A stretch of DNA of 64,000 nt from positions 1,054,001 to 1,118,000 of the forward strand of contig NW_026250408.1 of the NCBI RefSeq assembly GCF_024521635.1, read 5' to 3'. Positions within the stretch are counted from its first letter, which is position 1; each line of letters starts with the position of its first letter. This document shows, one piece after another, positions 1 to 12,105 of the stretch. The notes under the pieces are model-generated. The model saw only the letters and a list, made by a program, of their open reading frames with translations. It was not told where the DNA came from and ran no database searches. The DNA comes from Tricharina praecox (taxonomy: Eukaryota). Made by a program: the position numbers and the translations under genes.

Positions 1-253
1 ACCATGACAGAGCATCAAAACCCGCTCGAGCAGAGCAGAACGTAAATGGTATTTCATGAACCATAGCACTTCATAGTAGCATCATGAAGAGCTGCTCGAC
101 CGAGCAGAACGTACATAACCTATATCCGGGCCAAACTTAACATTCAGAAAGAAAGAAAGAAAGAAAAAATCACCCCGAACAGACATTTCGCTTGTAATAA
201 TAAAACCAAAAAAAAACCCAAAAAAAAGAAGACATCCATCCATCCATCCATCA

Positions 254-3200
254 TTAAGCGCTTCCTTGTATATAAGGCTTGTTCTCGATGGTAACGCTCT
301 TGGTCTACGGATTTTATCAGCGACTGTATAGCGAGAAGAGGGGTGAGAGAGAAACTTACCATGTGATTGACCTTGTAGACACCCACTAAACGAGCCGCCA
401 GCTCGAACATGTTATTCCTGAGCGAGATGACGATGAACTGCGCGTTCTTCGTCCTCTCCTTGATGTAGCTAGCGACGATACTGACGTTCCTGAAGTCGAG
501 GGCCGCATCGATCTCGTCCATGACGTACAGTGGCGTGGGCTTGTAGTGGTGCAGGGCAAAGACGAGCGCGAGCGAAGAAAGCGTCTTCTCACCACCCGAG
601 AGATTCGAGATGTTCTTCCAGCTCTTCTTGGGCGGCATGACGGAAAAGAGGATGCCCTCCGAGAACGGGTCCAGCGAGTCGACGAGCTCGAGCTCGGCGT
701 TGCCTCCCATCGTAATCATCTTGTACATCTCTTTGAGTCGGATGGAGATCATATTAAATCCCTCCATGAACTCTTCGAGCCGTCGCTTGCGCAAGTCGTC
801 GAGGCGACGCTTGACGCCATCGCGGTTGTTGATCGCCGCCTGGAGATCGACGTTGCGAACTGTGTATTCTTCCACGCGACGGCGGTATTCGCTAAGCACC
901 GCAAGATCAATGTTGACGTCTTTGAGCTTCTCCTCGAGCACAGCGATCTTGATTTTCATCTTGTCCTTATCCAGGTCTTCCAACTCGTCCTCGGTGAGGA
1001 CTGGGAGTGTTTCCGGTTCGTCGTCGCCTGTCCCATCACTTCCACCGGTCAAGTCCCTTGTCTGATGAAGCCTAAGCTTGCTGAGCTTTTCCTGCCAGTG
1101 GGAAGATCGCCTCTGGTGGTCACTCAGCACTTTCTGGTGCTCTTCGAGTTTGTTCTTCATTTCGATTTCGGCAGCCCTGGTCTTGTTGAGACCCGCCATT
1201 TTCTCATCGTAGACCTCCTTCATCGCGGCGAGCTCATCCTTCTTGTTTTCGAGGAACTAACGAGTAAAGTTAGCCGCAATTGGGCAAGATGCTTGGGTTT
1301 GAGACTTACACCCTGCGCCTCAGTAGCCTTCTCGTTAGACTCTCGCGCTGACTTCTCAAGCTCCTTCATATCCTCCTTCAACTCCTCAAGCTCCAAGACG
1401 ATAGCTTCCAGTTCCTCATCACCCTTAGTAACAATCTTCTCGGCCTTCTTCTTGGTCTTCTCCGACTTGCTTTTCGCCAGTTCCGCTTGTGAGATCTGCT
1501 CGTTGAGGGTTTCGAGCTGTTCCCGGAGGCCATCGACCTTGGCCTTCTGGCTCCGCAACTGGATACCACCGACCTCCATAATCTTGTGTTGGAGGACCTG
1601 GATCTCGCCCTCGACCTCAGCGGTTTCCTCCTGGAGCTGTTCGATTTCACTTTCAAAGCCCTTGATCTTCTTCTCCAACCCGGCGATAAGACTCTTGTCG
1701 GTCGACGACGTGCTTTTCTGCTGGGTTATATTTTTAATCCTCTGTTCGGCATCGGCCATATGTTTCGCCGAAGACGAGATCTCAAGTTGTATTTTGGACA
1801 TGGTGACATCCAGTTCCGGGACCCGCTCCGTGATTTCGCGCAGCTTCGATTGGAGAGCTCTCAGCTCCTCCTGGAACAACGCGTATTCGTTTTCTTGGAC
1901 ATCGCGATCCTGCTCCAGCTTCTGCATCGCCTCCTTCGACATGTGCGACGAGAGTTTGTTCGACATGCGTCCCTTCGAAACGGTTTTACCACCTCCGCTC
2001 ATGGTACCCGCTTTCTCGAAGAGCTCGCCGCTCAAAGTTACTACCCTGTGGCGCTTGGCGCCGAATGCGACACGGTTGGCCTGCTGCAGGTCGTCGGCAA
2101 CCAATGTGTCCTGAAGGACCGAGTAGAATGCGGGCGCAAATCCGGGGTTCCTCGGCTGGAGCAGATCAAACAATCGAGGTACACCTTCCGGGGTTTGGAT
2201 CTTGGACATGTCTCGCTGAGGTAGTTTGTCCAAGCAGATGAAGTTCGCACGTCCCAGATCGTTTTTGCGCAGGTAATCAATACACGCCTGGCCGATTTCC
2301 ACTGTGTCAACAACTAAGTGCTCCAAACTAGGGCAAGCCGTGGACACCGCGATGTCGTACTTGGGGTCGATTGTTCCCAGATTCCCGAGACGACCGTGAA
2401 AACCGTCGATCCTTCCAGACTCACTTAACCGCATGAGCCCGGTCAGAACTTTACTTTGCGACTGAGCGGAAGACATGGATGATCTCGCTTCATCCGCCTT
2501 GACTCTGACGGCGGAGAGATTGGCTTTCAACTGCGGTTCCTTGCGTGCCATTTTCTCGATTTCGGCTTGCACCTTCAGGGCCTCCTTTGCCAGAGCGGCC
2601 TTTTCCTTTTGACACTCCTTGAGCTCGGCCTCTTTGGTTTGTCTGGCTTCCTCAATCGTTCCAATCCGGGCCTGGGCTTCTTCGAGCTCAACCTTTTTCT
2701 CATTTGCCCTGCCGTACAGAATTTCCAGTTCGCTTTGAGCAATGGCGATTTCCGACCGCTTTTTGTTGATCTTCTCGTTCCAGGGCTCCAAGGACTTCTG
2801 TTTCGCGGCAATCTCGTCGGAAAAGCCTTGCGTCTTCTCCTTCAACGCGTCTCGAATCTTTGCGAGCTCCGCCTCTTCGCCCTTGAGATTCTCTCTGATC
2901 TCTGCCGCCTCCACGCCGAATTGCTCGATATCCGATAGGGACCGCTCGATCAGAGACGTCGCCTCGGAAGCTTGTAGTCTGCTGGTTTGAATCGACTTCT
3001 GCAGCTTTTTCTCTTTCTGGGCGAGGAACTTTTCCTTCTCTTGGAACTTGACTTTCTCCTTGTCGGTTTTGGATGTCTCGTGAAGGATAGCCTGGGTTTG
3101 TTTCTCGATTTCCTGCGGATAATAAGTACCAAATATCACAAACAAAATCGCATTGCAAGATCATTACCTCAATCTCCTTGACACCAGCCTTATATTCCCT

Positions 3201-5171
3201 GTCCAGCTTTTTAATCTGATCCTCGGAGCCTCGATGATTCTCTTGCTCGGTATCCAACTCCGCTTGAAATTGCGTCTATCCAAAAAAAAAATCAGCCGGA
3301 CACGCTCTCCGTTGGCTCGGGGCAATACGTACAATCATTTCCGACGTGACCCGGATATTTTTATCGCACTCCTGCATATACAGCTGGAAAAGCTGAGCGT
3401 GCTCTATGGCAAGCTCATTTTCCATACGTATGAATTCCAGAGCAGCTTCCTTCTTCGGCTCCAAGCTATTTCTTTCTGTTTCGACGATCTTGACGCGAGA
3501 GCTCTTCTCCACACAGACATCGTTCAACTCCTCCACTTCGGTTATCGACTCTTCGATCGGCTGCTTGTATTTACTCGTTCCGATGATGTCCTCGAGATAC
3601 TCCAACAAACCCTCATCGCTGTCGTTAGTCGCCTTGGGCTTCATCTGTGCGATCGATTCGACTTCACCCTGCAGGATCAAGAACCGCTTGTGGTCCAGAT
3701 CGACGCCGCGACCGCGCAGCAGGGACGTCACTGTGGTGTAGTCGCTGGTCTTGCCGTTGATATAATATTTGTTTGTATTATTCTTGAGCGCGCGTCTCGA
3801 GACGACAATTTGGGAGTCCTCGATGACCTCGTACTTTCCATCTGGCAGATCCAGCACCTCCTGGAAGAACACCTGGACCTCGCAGAACTCCAGATTCGGG
3901 AATGCCTCGGAACTGTGGATCAGCGCCGACAACTTGCCCTGTCGCATCTTGCTGGCGCGGAATCCAAACACGAATAGTAGGGAGTCGATGACATTCGACT
4001 TCCCCGAACCGTTAGGCCCGACAACCGACGTGAAGGACGGGTGGAATGGGCCCACCATCCGCTCGCCGGCATACGACTTGAAGTTGTTCATCATCAGGTG
4101 TGTGATGACGAGACGCTTCTTCGGCCCCGTGTCCTCCGGCTGCTGAGAGAGTAACGTGTTCCCCCGGTTCTTGAGGACGATCGGCTCGATGTTCTGCGTG
4201 GCTTGTGGGTTTTGCGTGGAATGTGAGGATTGCGGCCGACTGCCGGGGGGGGCGCCCAGCCGTAGAGACCGTGCAGGGGACAGTTGCGCGGCGACGGGGG
4301 AGTCCTGGAAGTGCAAGGTATGCGTAGCTGAGGGAGTTACCACCGCCGCTGCTGCTGCTGCTGTATTGGGGGTTTGGCCCGCTCTCGGAGTACCTCCACG
4401 CTGCTGCTGTGGGGTTCTCGGTGGCTGCGAGCTTCTCAGTAGCTGTGGGGTACTCTGCGGCAGCAGCGACGTCCGTTGCGCCCGCGGCGTCTCCGGCGTA
4501 GGTGTAGCGTCCCGATCTCCAGGAGTAGGAGTAGCCGACGGCTCTCTCGCAGCAGGAGCCGGTGTCGCCGAAGCATCGCGTCCAGGCGCCGGAGTGACCT
4601 CTCTCTCGCTCCCAGCTTCGGACGACGGTTGCGCAGACTCTGTAGGCTCCGTCGGCGCGGCAGAGACCCGCTTCCTACGCGTAGCGCGTGCAGGAGTAGG
4701 TGGTGCCGGCTCCTCCGCCTCTTCCTCAGACGAATCCGGGACCCGCTGCCTACGCGCCGCCGCCCGTGCAGGAGCAGGTGCCGGCTCCTCCGCCGCTTCC
4801 TCTGCTGAATCGGAGATCCGCTGTCTACGCGTAGCACGGCCTCCGCGGCCTCGCGCCGTGACTCTACTCGGTGGGATGCGTTCGCGGGCGCCGCGGCTCG
4901 TCCTACTCGCGGGGGCGGCGGAGGCCGGCGGCTGCGATGTTACTCTTCGTGATGCTCGGCGCGGCGTCGCTGCCACTGGCGTGTATTCTGCCTCGTCCTC
5001 ATCTTCCTCCTCATCCTCTTCCTCCTCGTCGTCGTCCTCTTCGTCATCTTCGTCCTTCGGCTGAGCCACCTCCTCCTCCTCCTCCTCCTCTTCCTCTTCC
5101 TCGGAGGACGACGATTCGATTATTTTCTGGCGGCGGGTAGGAACGCGGCGGGGTCTGGATGAAGCAGGCAT
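254..5171 (-). CDS. SMC4: Condensin SMC ATPase subunit Smc4/Cut3; 5 exons (5171-3333, 3275-3168, 3112-1310, 1256-360, 304-254)
   Basis: Walker A region NNFKSY...VVGPNGSGKSNVIDSLLFVFGFRASKMRQGKLS, hinge GFHGRLGNLG, C-terminal signature LSGGEKTLSSLALVFALHHYKPTPLYVMDEIDAALDFRNVSIVA; four GT-AG introns of 53-57 nt join the ORF pieces in frame to TAA at 254-256. Confidence 0.97.
4668..4840. repeat. 75-bp degenerate coding tandem repeat (about 2.3 units) in the Smc4 N-terminal tail
   Basis: ccgct(t/g)(c/t)ctacgc recurs at 4668, 4743 and 4818; it encodes RRQRISDSAEEAAEEPAPAPARAAA / RRQRVPDSSEEEAEEPAPPTPARAT / RRKRVS. Confidence 0.85.
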
Positions 5172-5669
5172 TGTGGGCGGAATATACGGAATCTGTCAAA
5201 GCGGTAACGAGCAGTAATTACGTACGTAATTGAATCGTTGGTAGGTTGTTGATGGATTGGTGACTTGCAGGCCAAAGAGAGAGCGAGAGAGAGAGGGTGG
5301 AACAAAAACAAACTGACACACGGGAAAAACGTGGGGCACCCAACCCCATACGATCTTGGCGGCAACGATCGCGAGGTCCCGTGACTACCAGGCACGACAA
5401 AGCACTCAGAAATACGGATATCTAAAATCACGGTAGTTTTCTCTTCACAACCTCATGCTCGTTATGAAGACCCATCGAATTTACTTTTAATGCTCTCCTA
5501 GAGTCATTGCCCGTCATTAACAATACACCAGACCAAACCCACCAAATAACGCCACAAGAAAGACAGACCCCGAATAGCCACCACCCATATATAACAAGTA
5601 CATGATATCATCCAGATACAAATCAACGAACAAGCACTGCAAACCAAAAAAGCACAGATAAACAGGAAA

Positions 5670-7294
5670 TCACATAACCACACATCCGGCATCAGCACTG
5701 ATCGGCCCCGTGATGGCCGTGCGCAATTGCACATTCCTCCACTGTTCCTGGACGACCTCGTTCTCATTTTCTTTCTGCTTCTCCTTCGCCTCCTTTGGAA
5801 AATACAGCTTCAGGAAATTCTGCAGTCCATGATCCAGATTCGTGGCGTCGGCACTTAGCACCACGTCGCCGCGGCACATGGGACAGAACCGTTTCGACTC
5901 GCGCTGGAGCTTCACGAGACATCGGACGCAGAAGACGTGCGAGCACGAGAGCCGCACGGGCTTCATCGAGATGGATTGGCAGATCGGACAGAGGTAGTCG
6001 TCGAGTTGCGGTAGGATCGAGAGGAGCTTGGAGGACATGGTGAAGCAGATGGCTTTGGCCATGTGCGAGGCGAGAAAAGGGTTCGAGGCTACGAACGTCG
6101 GGAATAAATCGCGGGCGCCGAGAGCGGTGCGTTTATCGAATTCTGTTGGACCAGATTAGTCCAAGAAAAGCTATGACAACAGTCGGATGGAGAATATGAA
6201 CTCTTGAGAATCTTCCGCATGGCTAGCTTGTTGATGTCTTGGAACCGCATCACCCTCAGGACCTCCATATTCACGGCGATGAAGCGGGAATACAGTACCC
6301 CGCTCTCCCGACGTTTGAATTGCTTCCTGAGTCCCAACCGGCTCACCTCGTTGGAAAACTTCTCCAGGCGTACCTGCGCTTCGTCCGCGTCGCGCTCCTT
6401 GTGCCTCTCAATCTCGAGGTTCGAGATGAAGATGCCCATATCCAGGTACATTCGGAAGATCTCGCGCCACGGGTACAGATCCGACTGTTTGAGGGCTAGG
6501 GATCTCGGTGCTGCTACCGCTGTAACGGAATCTCCAAGAACGATGATCTCGTTCTGGATGATCTTTGCGGCGCGGGTTTGGACTATGTCGAGCGCCGATA
6601 GCTCGGACGTGAGGATGTGAAAGAACTCGGCATCGCTACTGAGCGGGATTTCTATGGTCGACACCGGTGTATCGGTGTCGATGTCGCCGTCGGGTTTCAC
6701 CGAAGACGGCAGTGTCTCGGACGGATCCGAACCCTCGGATTCGGGACTACTGGTACCGCTGTCTTCGGAGACTGTCGACGCTCTCCTCGGCAGCGGTAGT
6801 CCGCGTTGTTTCAGCAGCCGTTGCAAGGACTTTTTCGTCTCCTCCGTCAATCCCAAATCCAACAGTAGATCGTCATGGCCACGAATCGTCAATACCAGCC
6901 TGGGCTGGAAACTCTGCAGATTGCCTGTACCGAGCGAACCACGGTTAGCGTCCACACAAGAACCCCGCGATCCCCCCCCCCCACCACCACCATCACCCCC
7001 GCTCGTGTCCCTGCGTCCCTGCGCGCTGCCGTTCGAGAAGTGGAGGTCCGCACCATCAAACATGTACTGCAGCATCGGCCCGTGACCACCGTTGCCGCCA
7101 TCACCACAGCCCTGGTCCCTGCACTCGCAAATAAGGGATTTGAGCGTCTCGACGCTCAGTCCCAGCTCGTCGAGCTCGCGCTGTAGACGCTTGATGCACT
7201 TCTTGAGCTGGCGGTACTGGATAGCGGCGGCCTGCCACTCGGGCGGAAAATTCTCGCTCGACAGCGTTTCGTTAAAGGTGTGGGCGAACTTCAT
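5670..7294 (-). CDS. SPX-domain + C3HC4 RING E3 ubiquitin ligase (S. pombe Pqr1 / plant NLA-like); introns 7053-6925 (probable) and 6201-6143
   Basis: N-terminal SPX start MKFAHTF...YRQLKKCIK; splicing 6201-6143 restores the SPX lysine cluster KILKKFDKRT; C-terminal RING CPIC...CSHVFCVRC...CPMCR. Confidence 0.92.
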
Positions 7295-7618
7295 CGTCGG
7301 TTACGGTGGTAATGGTGATGGTTTCGCTGGGTCCCGGCGTGCTGTTTGCTGGGCCTTCTCAATATATGCGGTACAACGTTGGATGATACCCGGGAACGAT
7401 AGCCGGTCTCGAGCTCGAGGGGGGGTGGCGGTGACGGCGGTGGTAATGGTGGCAATGACGGCGACGGTGACTGGAGATGTGTCTCTTCGAAGGAAGAACG
7501 GGATAGCTATCTTAGCGTATAGTGTAGAAAGGCTTCTTTCGCAGAAAGCAAGAGCCAGACGGAGCCATTCCGACGACGAACGGCCGGTCTTTTGTAGTAC
7601 TCGGTAGTCATCAACGAC

Positions 7619-7619
<1 letters not shown>

Positions 7620-7667
<48 letters not shown>
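7620..7667. repeat. (CAGC)n microsatellite, about 12 units
   Basis: Directly visible perfect tetranucleotide run upstream of the SPX-RING start. Confidence 0.95.
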
Positions 7668-7668
<1 letters not shown>

Positions 7669-9534
7669 GTGTCCACCGTGCCGCCCACCCAGTTTTTTTC
7701 CTCGCTTCCAAACCACCACCACCCCAGCCCGCATCGGGCAATCGGGCACACGACACATGGGCTCCTCACCCCACCACCACCACCATGTGCCTGATAAGTG
7801 GGTTCTGGGAATCCTGTCACGCGCTTCCGAACTCCAAAAACGCTGCGTGCCGGGTATACATTCCGACCGATCCATTGGCTGGGTCGCTGGGATGGCGGCC
7901 CAATTGCGATCGGCCAGTGACAGTGGCAGTGACTATCAAAGTGACGGTGACGTTGATCACCGACCGACCAAACCTCGAGTTGGGGCGCAGAGGGCAGGGC
8001 TTCTCGGAGTAGGCAAGAGTAGGTAGGCTTTCAAGGCGCCAGGCAGCTTCCTCGAGTGCCGTACCGTACCGCACCGGACCGTACGGTAGTTGCGCGGAAA
8101 TAGGAATGGCCACGATGGGTGGGTGGGTGGCAGCAACACCGGGCGAGGCATTTCCCCGCTCCTCTGTATGCACCGTAGCATACGGACTTGGGTATGCGTA
8201 AAAGGTGTGCGCCCGGAAAAAGCGCGCAAAGATGATGTTCGCGGTTAGCCAACCAACCAACCAACACCGTACTCCCTCGCTACTCTATGTAGAGTTCTTG
8301 CGAATCCCGACTGCAGAGAGGGTCCAGACGTCAAACCGACCACGCCTTCACGTTGCTGCGGTCCTGCGGATCACCACTCTATGTGCTCTGGTTACCACTT
8401 GGCCGGGTGCTAGATGGCTTCAAGTATTCGGACGCGCTATGGGAGTGTCTCGACTCTCCTGGTGTGACTGCCCCTACATATGACTAGGACTCTAGAGTAG
8501 AGTGTCCGCATACCTACTCCCGAAGCCATCTAGTGAGCACATCTACAGGATAGCCACGGAAAATCCGGCCCAGGCCGCTCTCCCGGAGACCTAGCAATTC
8601 CTCGGGGAGGTGATATTCAGGGACATCCGATGGAACACCACCAGTGAGCACCACCACCACCACCACCACCACCACCACCACCACCACCACAGCGTAAGCG
8701 AGTCCCTCTCACACCAGGTATATAGAGTGATAGAGTAGAGGAGTATTTCAACCAAACGCATCCCCAGTTTCCCTCCGTATGTAGAACACCGGAATCCACA
8801 AAGCTCGAATGCCTACAGGTATGCAAACCCCCCCGTAGGATATGTAGGCGAGGCTACCGAACGTCGGCCAGGACTCCGTCAGACTGGGCCAATGGGGCGG
8901 GCCAATGGGGCTGAGCAAAGTCAACTTTTAGGTCAGCGGACAGTCCTCCGTGCGACTCTACCCAGCGCTATCCCAAGAATAGTGGCTTGCTCTTGCCCTG
9001 AATTGCTTTTGTAGACGCCGGAGGGTAACTCGAGTACTGATGGGACTGGACTGCGCGGGGCATTATACAATTTTACATACGGTAGGATATATCCGGATAT
9101 GCATTGTGCAACCCTTATCCTTGGCGCAAAGCCTTCCCCTCATCAGCAGTTTCGCAGAGTCCGGAATCTCCTGTTCGAGGCTTCGAGCAAAGATTCACAA
9201 TTTCACATCTCAGAAATTCTAGCGCGCTAAGGAAAACTCCGGATACTGGTGAGCGGAGTTTCCGCCACGAGTGTGTAGAGACCTTCTGAGGGGCAAGTCT
9301 TGGAAATTAGTGGGCTCGAAAAGGCGGGGCAGAATTGTGGCAGGGCAACGTCCAGACTCAGCAAGGATCGGGGGGCACATATCTGACTGACACGATAGCG
9401 TCGTGCAAACTCTGCATCAGCCTGGCAAGGCTCGCGTTCGCAACTTCGTGTGCGATGTCGGAGAAGCCCGGAGTCAGCCTAGCACCGTACATAGCACGGT
9501 CTTATGACGGGACGGAAGAGAAGAAGAGAAGAGA

Positions 9535-9779
9535 AGAAGAGGAGGAGGCTCGGCTCTGTCTGGACTCTGGACCTGCGAGGGGGTTGAGTGGCCACTCCGC
9601 TACATCCTGCCACGTGCAGCGAAGATAGAACTCAAGTAACAGCTTCCACGATCGTGAAGAGAAGAGGAGGAGGAGGCTCGGCTCTGTCTGGACCTACGGC
9701 CGGGGGGTTGAGTGGCCAATCCGCTACCTACCACGTGCAGCGAAGACATAACAAGTAACAGCTTCTAGAATCGTGAAGA
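9535..9779. repeat. Non-coding ~120-125-bp tandem duplication (9535-9660 / 9661-9779)
   Basis: Both copies read gaagaggaggaggctcggctctgtctggac...gggggttgagtggcca.tccgctac...ccacgtgcagcgaaga...caagtaacagcttc...atcgtgaaga. Confidence 0.9.
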
Positions 9780-12105
9780 TCCCACTCAATGGCGCGGGTG
9801 TCTTGGGTGCGATCGGAGTCCAATTAGTTATGGCGTAACCAGCATGGCGGATGTTGCGGACATCTATGTAGAAGCTTTTGTCCTACGTTCCATCACGTTC
9901 CATCATGTACCAGCACTCGGACGGAATGAACCTTATGCACGCCAAAATGCTTTGTTTCGTCGGCTTTTGACGGAGAGACGTCCTCGACGCCTAGTGCGGA
10001 TGGCACCGCCGTTGCAGGACCGAGGCCCGGGACTCGGGAGCACGTCTTCAGACTTCGAGTGCTGCCCCGTGTGGAAAAGCTAGCAGATGATCCTGTGGGT
10101 GATGTGAATTCGTCTATGTATTCGTTTGCTTTGTTTTTCTTTGTTTTGTTTAATCGTACTCAGATTCAGCCTAGACACTGGTCGCCTACCTATGGCAGCT
10201 TGTTCTTCCGTTCCTGCTCACAGTCTGGATGACTGCCTCGGCGTGGCAACTCCGTCTCACTCGCGGCCTCGCCCTCCGCCTAGTGCGCACCGAAAACATA
10301 TGGATTGCACCAGGGAAAAGAGCGCAACGATGAGAGTAGCGCACTAAGGAAATTCTATGTACATGAGAGAGCCGGTGCTGTCTTCCCAACTTGCCAACAT
10401 CAGCGCTGCGCAGAAAGTCCAAACTCAACTATCAGGCTACATGAAGAATCCGCGAACAAGGCACCAACCTCCCCCCCCGTCCGACTGCACCGCCTGCATA
10501 TGCATTTTATGCCTGTTATCCTCCGCTGTCCGTTCGAGAGTCTTCTGCTCCGCCCTCCAGGCACCGCAGTGCTCACTGCTTGAAGAGGTGTCTTCCCGAG
10601 TCTGGGCTCCTCGGTACGTAGGTACTCCACCACCACCACCACCACCACCACCACCACCACCATCACCAGCAATGATGGTCGGCCGGCTTGTTTTCCAGTA
10701 CAGGTTACAGGTGCTCCCCCCCCCATGAGCGCTTGCCCGGACTTGAGTTTGTCGTACATACCAATACATACCGGGATGCCGTCCGCTCCTCGGCCGTGGC
10801 CGACGTCGAGCCCGTCTTTTTTGGTTCAATTTGACCTTGGGTATTGGATCATGGCAGTTATAACCCGTTTCCTCTCACTGACTGTCGCCGTGAACCCCCG
10901 TCCGGCGTCTACCCACCATGGATTCTGGAAGACCTCACAGATTTAGGTGGCCGAGTGAGATACCTACCGGTACATATGTGAACAACTCTCTGAATAGGAT
11001 ATCGTCTCTAAATATAATGCTGGCCAGCAGTTTACCTACCTTCTTTCGGGATCTCGCGCGCGGCTCGTCTGATACCGGTACGTACGTTGGTCGGTTGCTC
11101 CGCGGTTCAAGACCCAATAGGTACAGTACCTAAGTTGAGAAACACTATGGATTTACCTAGTTGTCGGTGGAAAAACAATGACTGTATTCAGCCCAGTCGG
11201 TATAGAGTAGTTTCGCCTGCAGTATTTATTCTGTAGGCCTACGGAACTTTCTGCACTACAAGTTGAATGTCGTAAATGTCTGCTTGCGTATAAAACGCCT
11301 TACTCACGTTACTTATTCTTGGAACTAGAGGGTTTCTACGGTAGCCTGTAGGCATACCGGGTTCAGTCCCTGGAGCATTCTGCTCAGCACGGTATTTCTT
11401 CTTCCGTAAGACTCTTGTCGTCATAGTTTGATTAGCATAACAACGTTTTCTCTGCACGGCGTTGTGATGCGAATTAGGTAGTTCTCTGGTAGGTTTCTAG
11501 TATTCTGGACAGTGCGTAGTATGTTGCATTCAGAAGAACTGCGGTAGTTCTTCCGGTGTGTTAGTAAGCGTGTCTTTACAACACTGCGTATATTGGTGTG
11601 ATACTGTAGAATTGAGACTATAAGGGAAAACAAATACTAAGTTAAAGCTGTATTCTCCTGAGACTACCGGATTCAAATTCATGCGGTAGTACTACTGGAG
11701 ACCTTCGGCATTAATCGCGCCCCACTTTTTGCTACTCTATTCATGAGAGAAGAGTTTAGGTATTGATTCATCCTGCATGCAGCCTTTGAAAAAGGGGGTG
11801 GCAGATCAGTGATGATCCAAAACCGCACCTGTGTGATATTCCATGATCTTGATAAGTCGAGTGCATTATTATGATGAGATATCAAAAACCAAAAAGAACC
11901 GATCATTCATTCGTTGCAGGATATAGCGAATGGTGTATGTAAAACTGCAATGTCGATATCACAAAAACCAAACCCAACCCCCTTCCCCCCCCCCAAAAAA
12001 AAAAAAAAAAAAAAAAAAAACTGCTCGTGTTGAAATTACGAGCATCTATTAGGCAAATAGATTCTCCCGATCCCATCGGTGGATATGGCTATCGGAGGCG
12101 TAGTA

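Noticed and set aside
546..5064. Long + strand ORFs (546-2114, 3153-3977, 4156-5064)
   Set aside because: Antisense shadows of the codon-biased SMC4 gene with no recognisable domains
10941..11120. Pol III A-box-like (tggccgagtga) and B-box-like (ggttcaagacc) words suggesting a tRNA
   Set aside because: About 150 nt apart, with no complementary T-stem or acceptor stem
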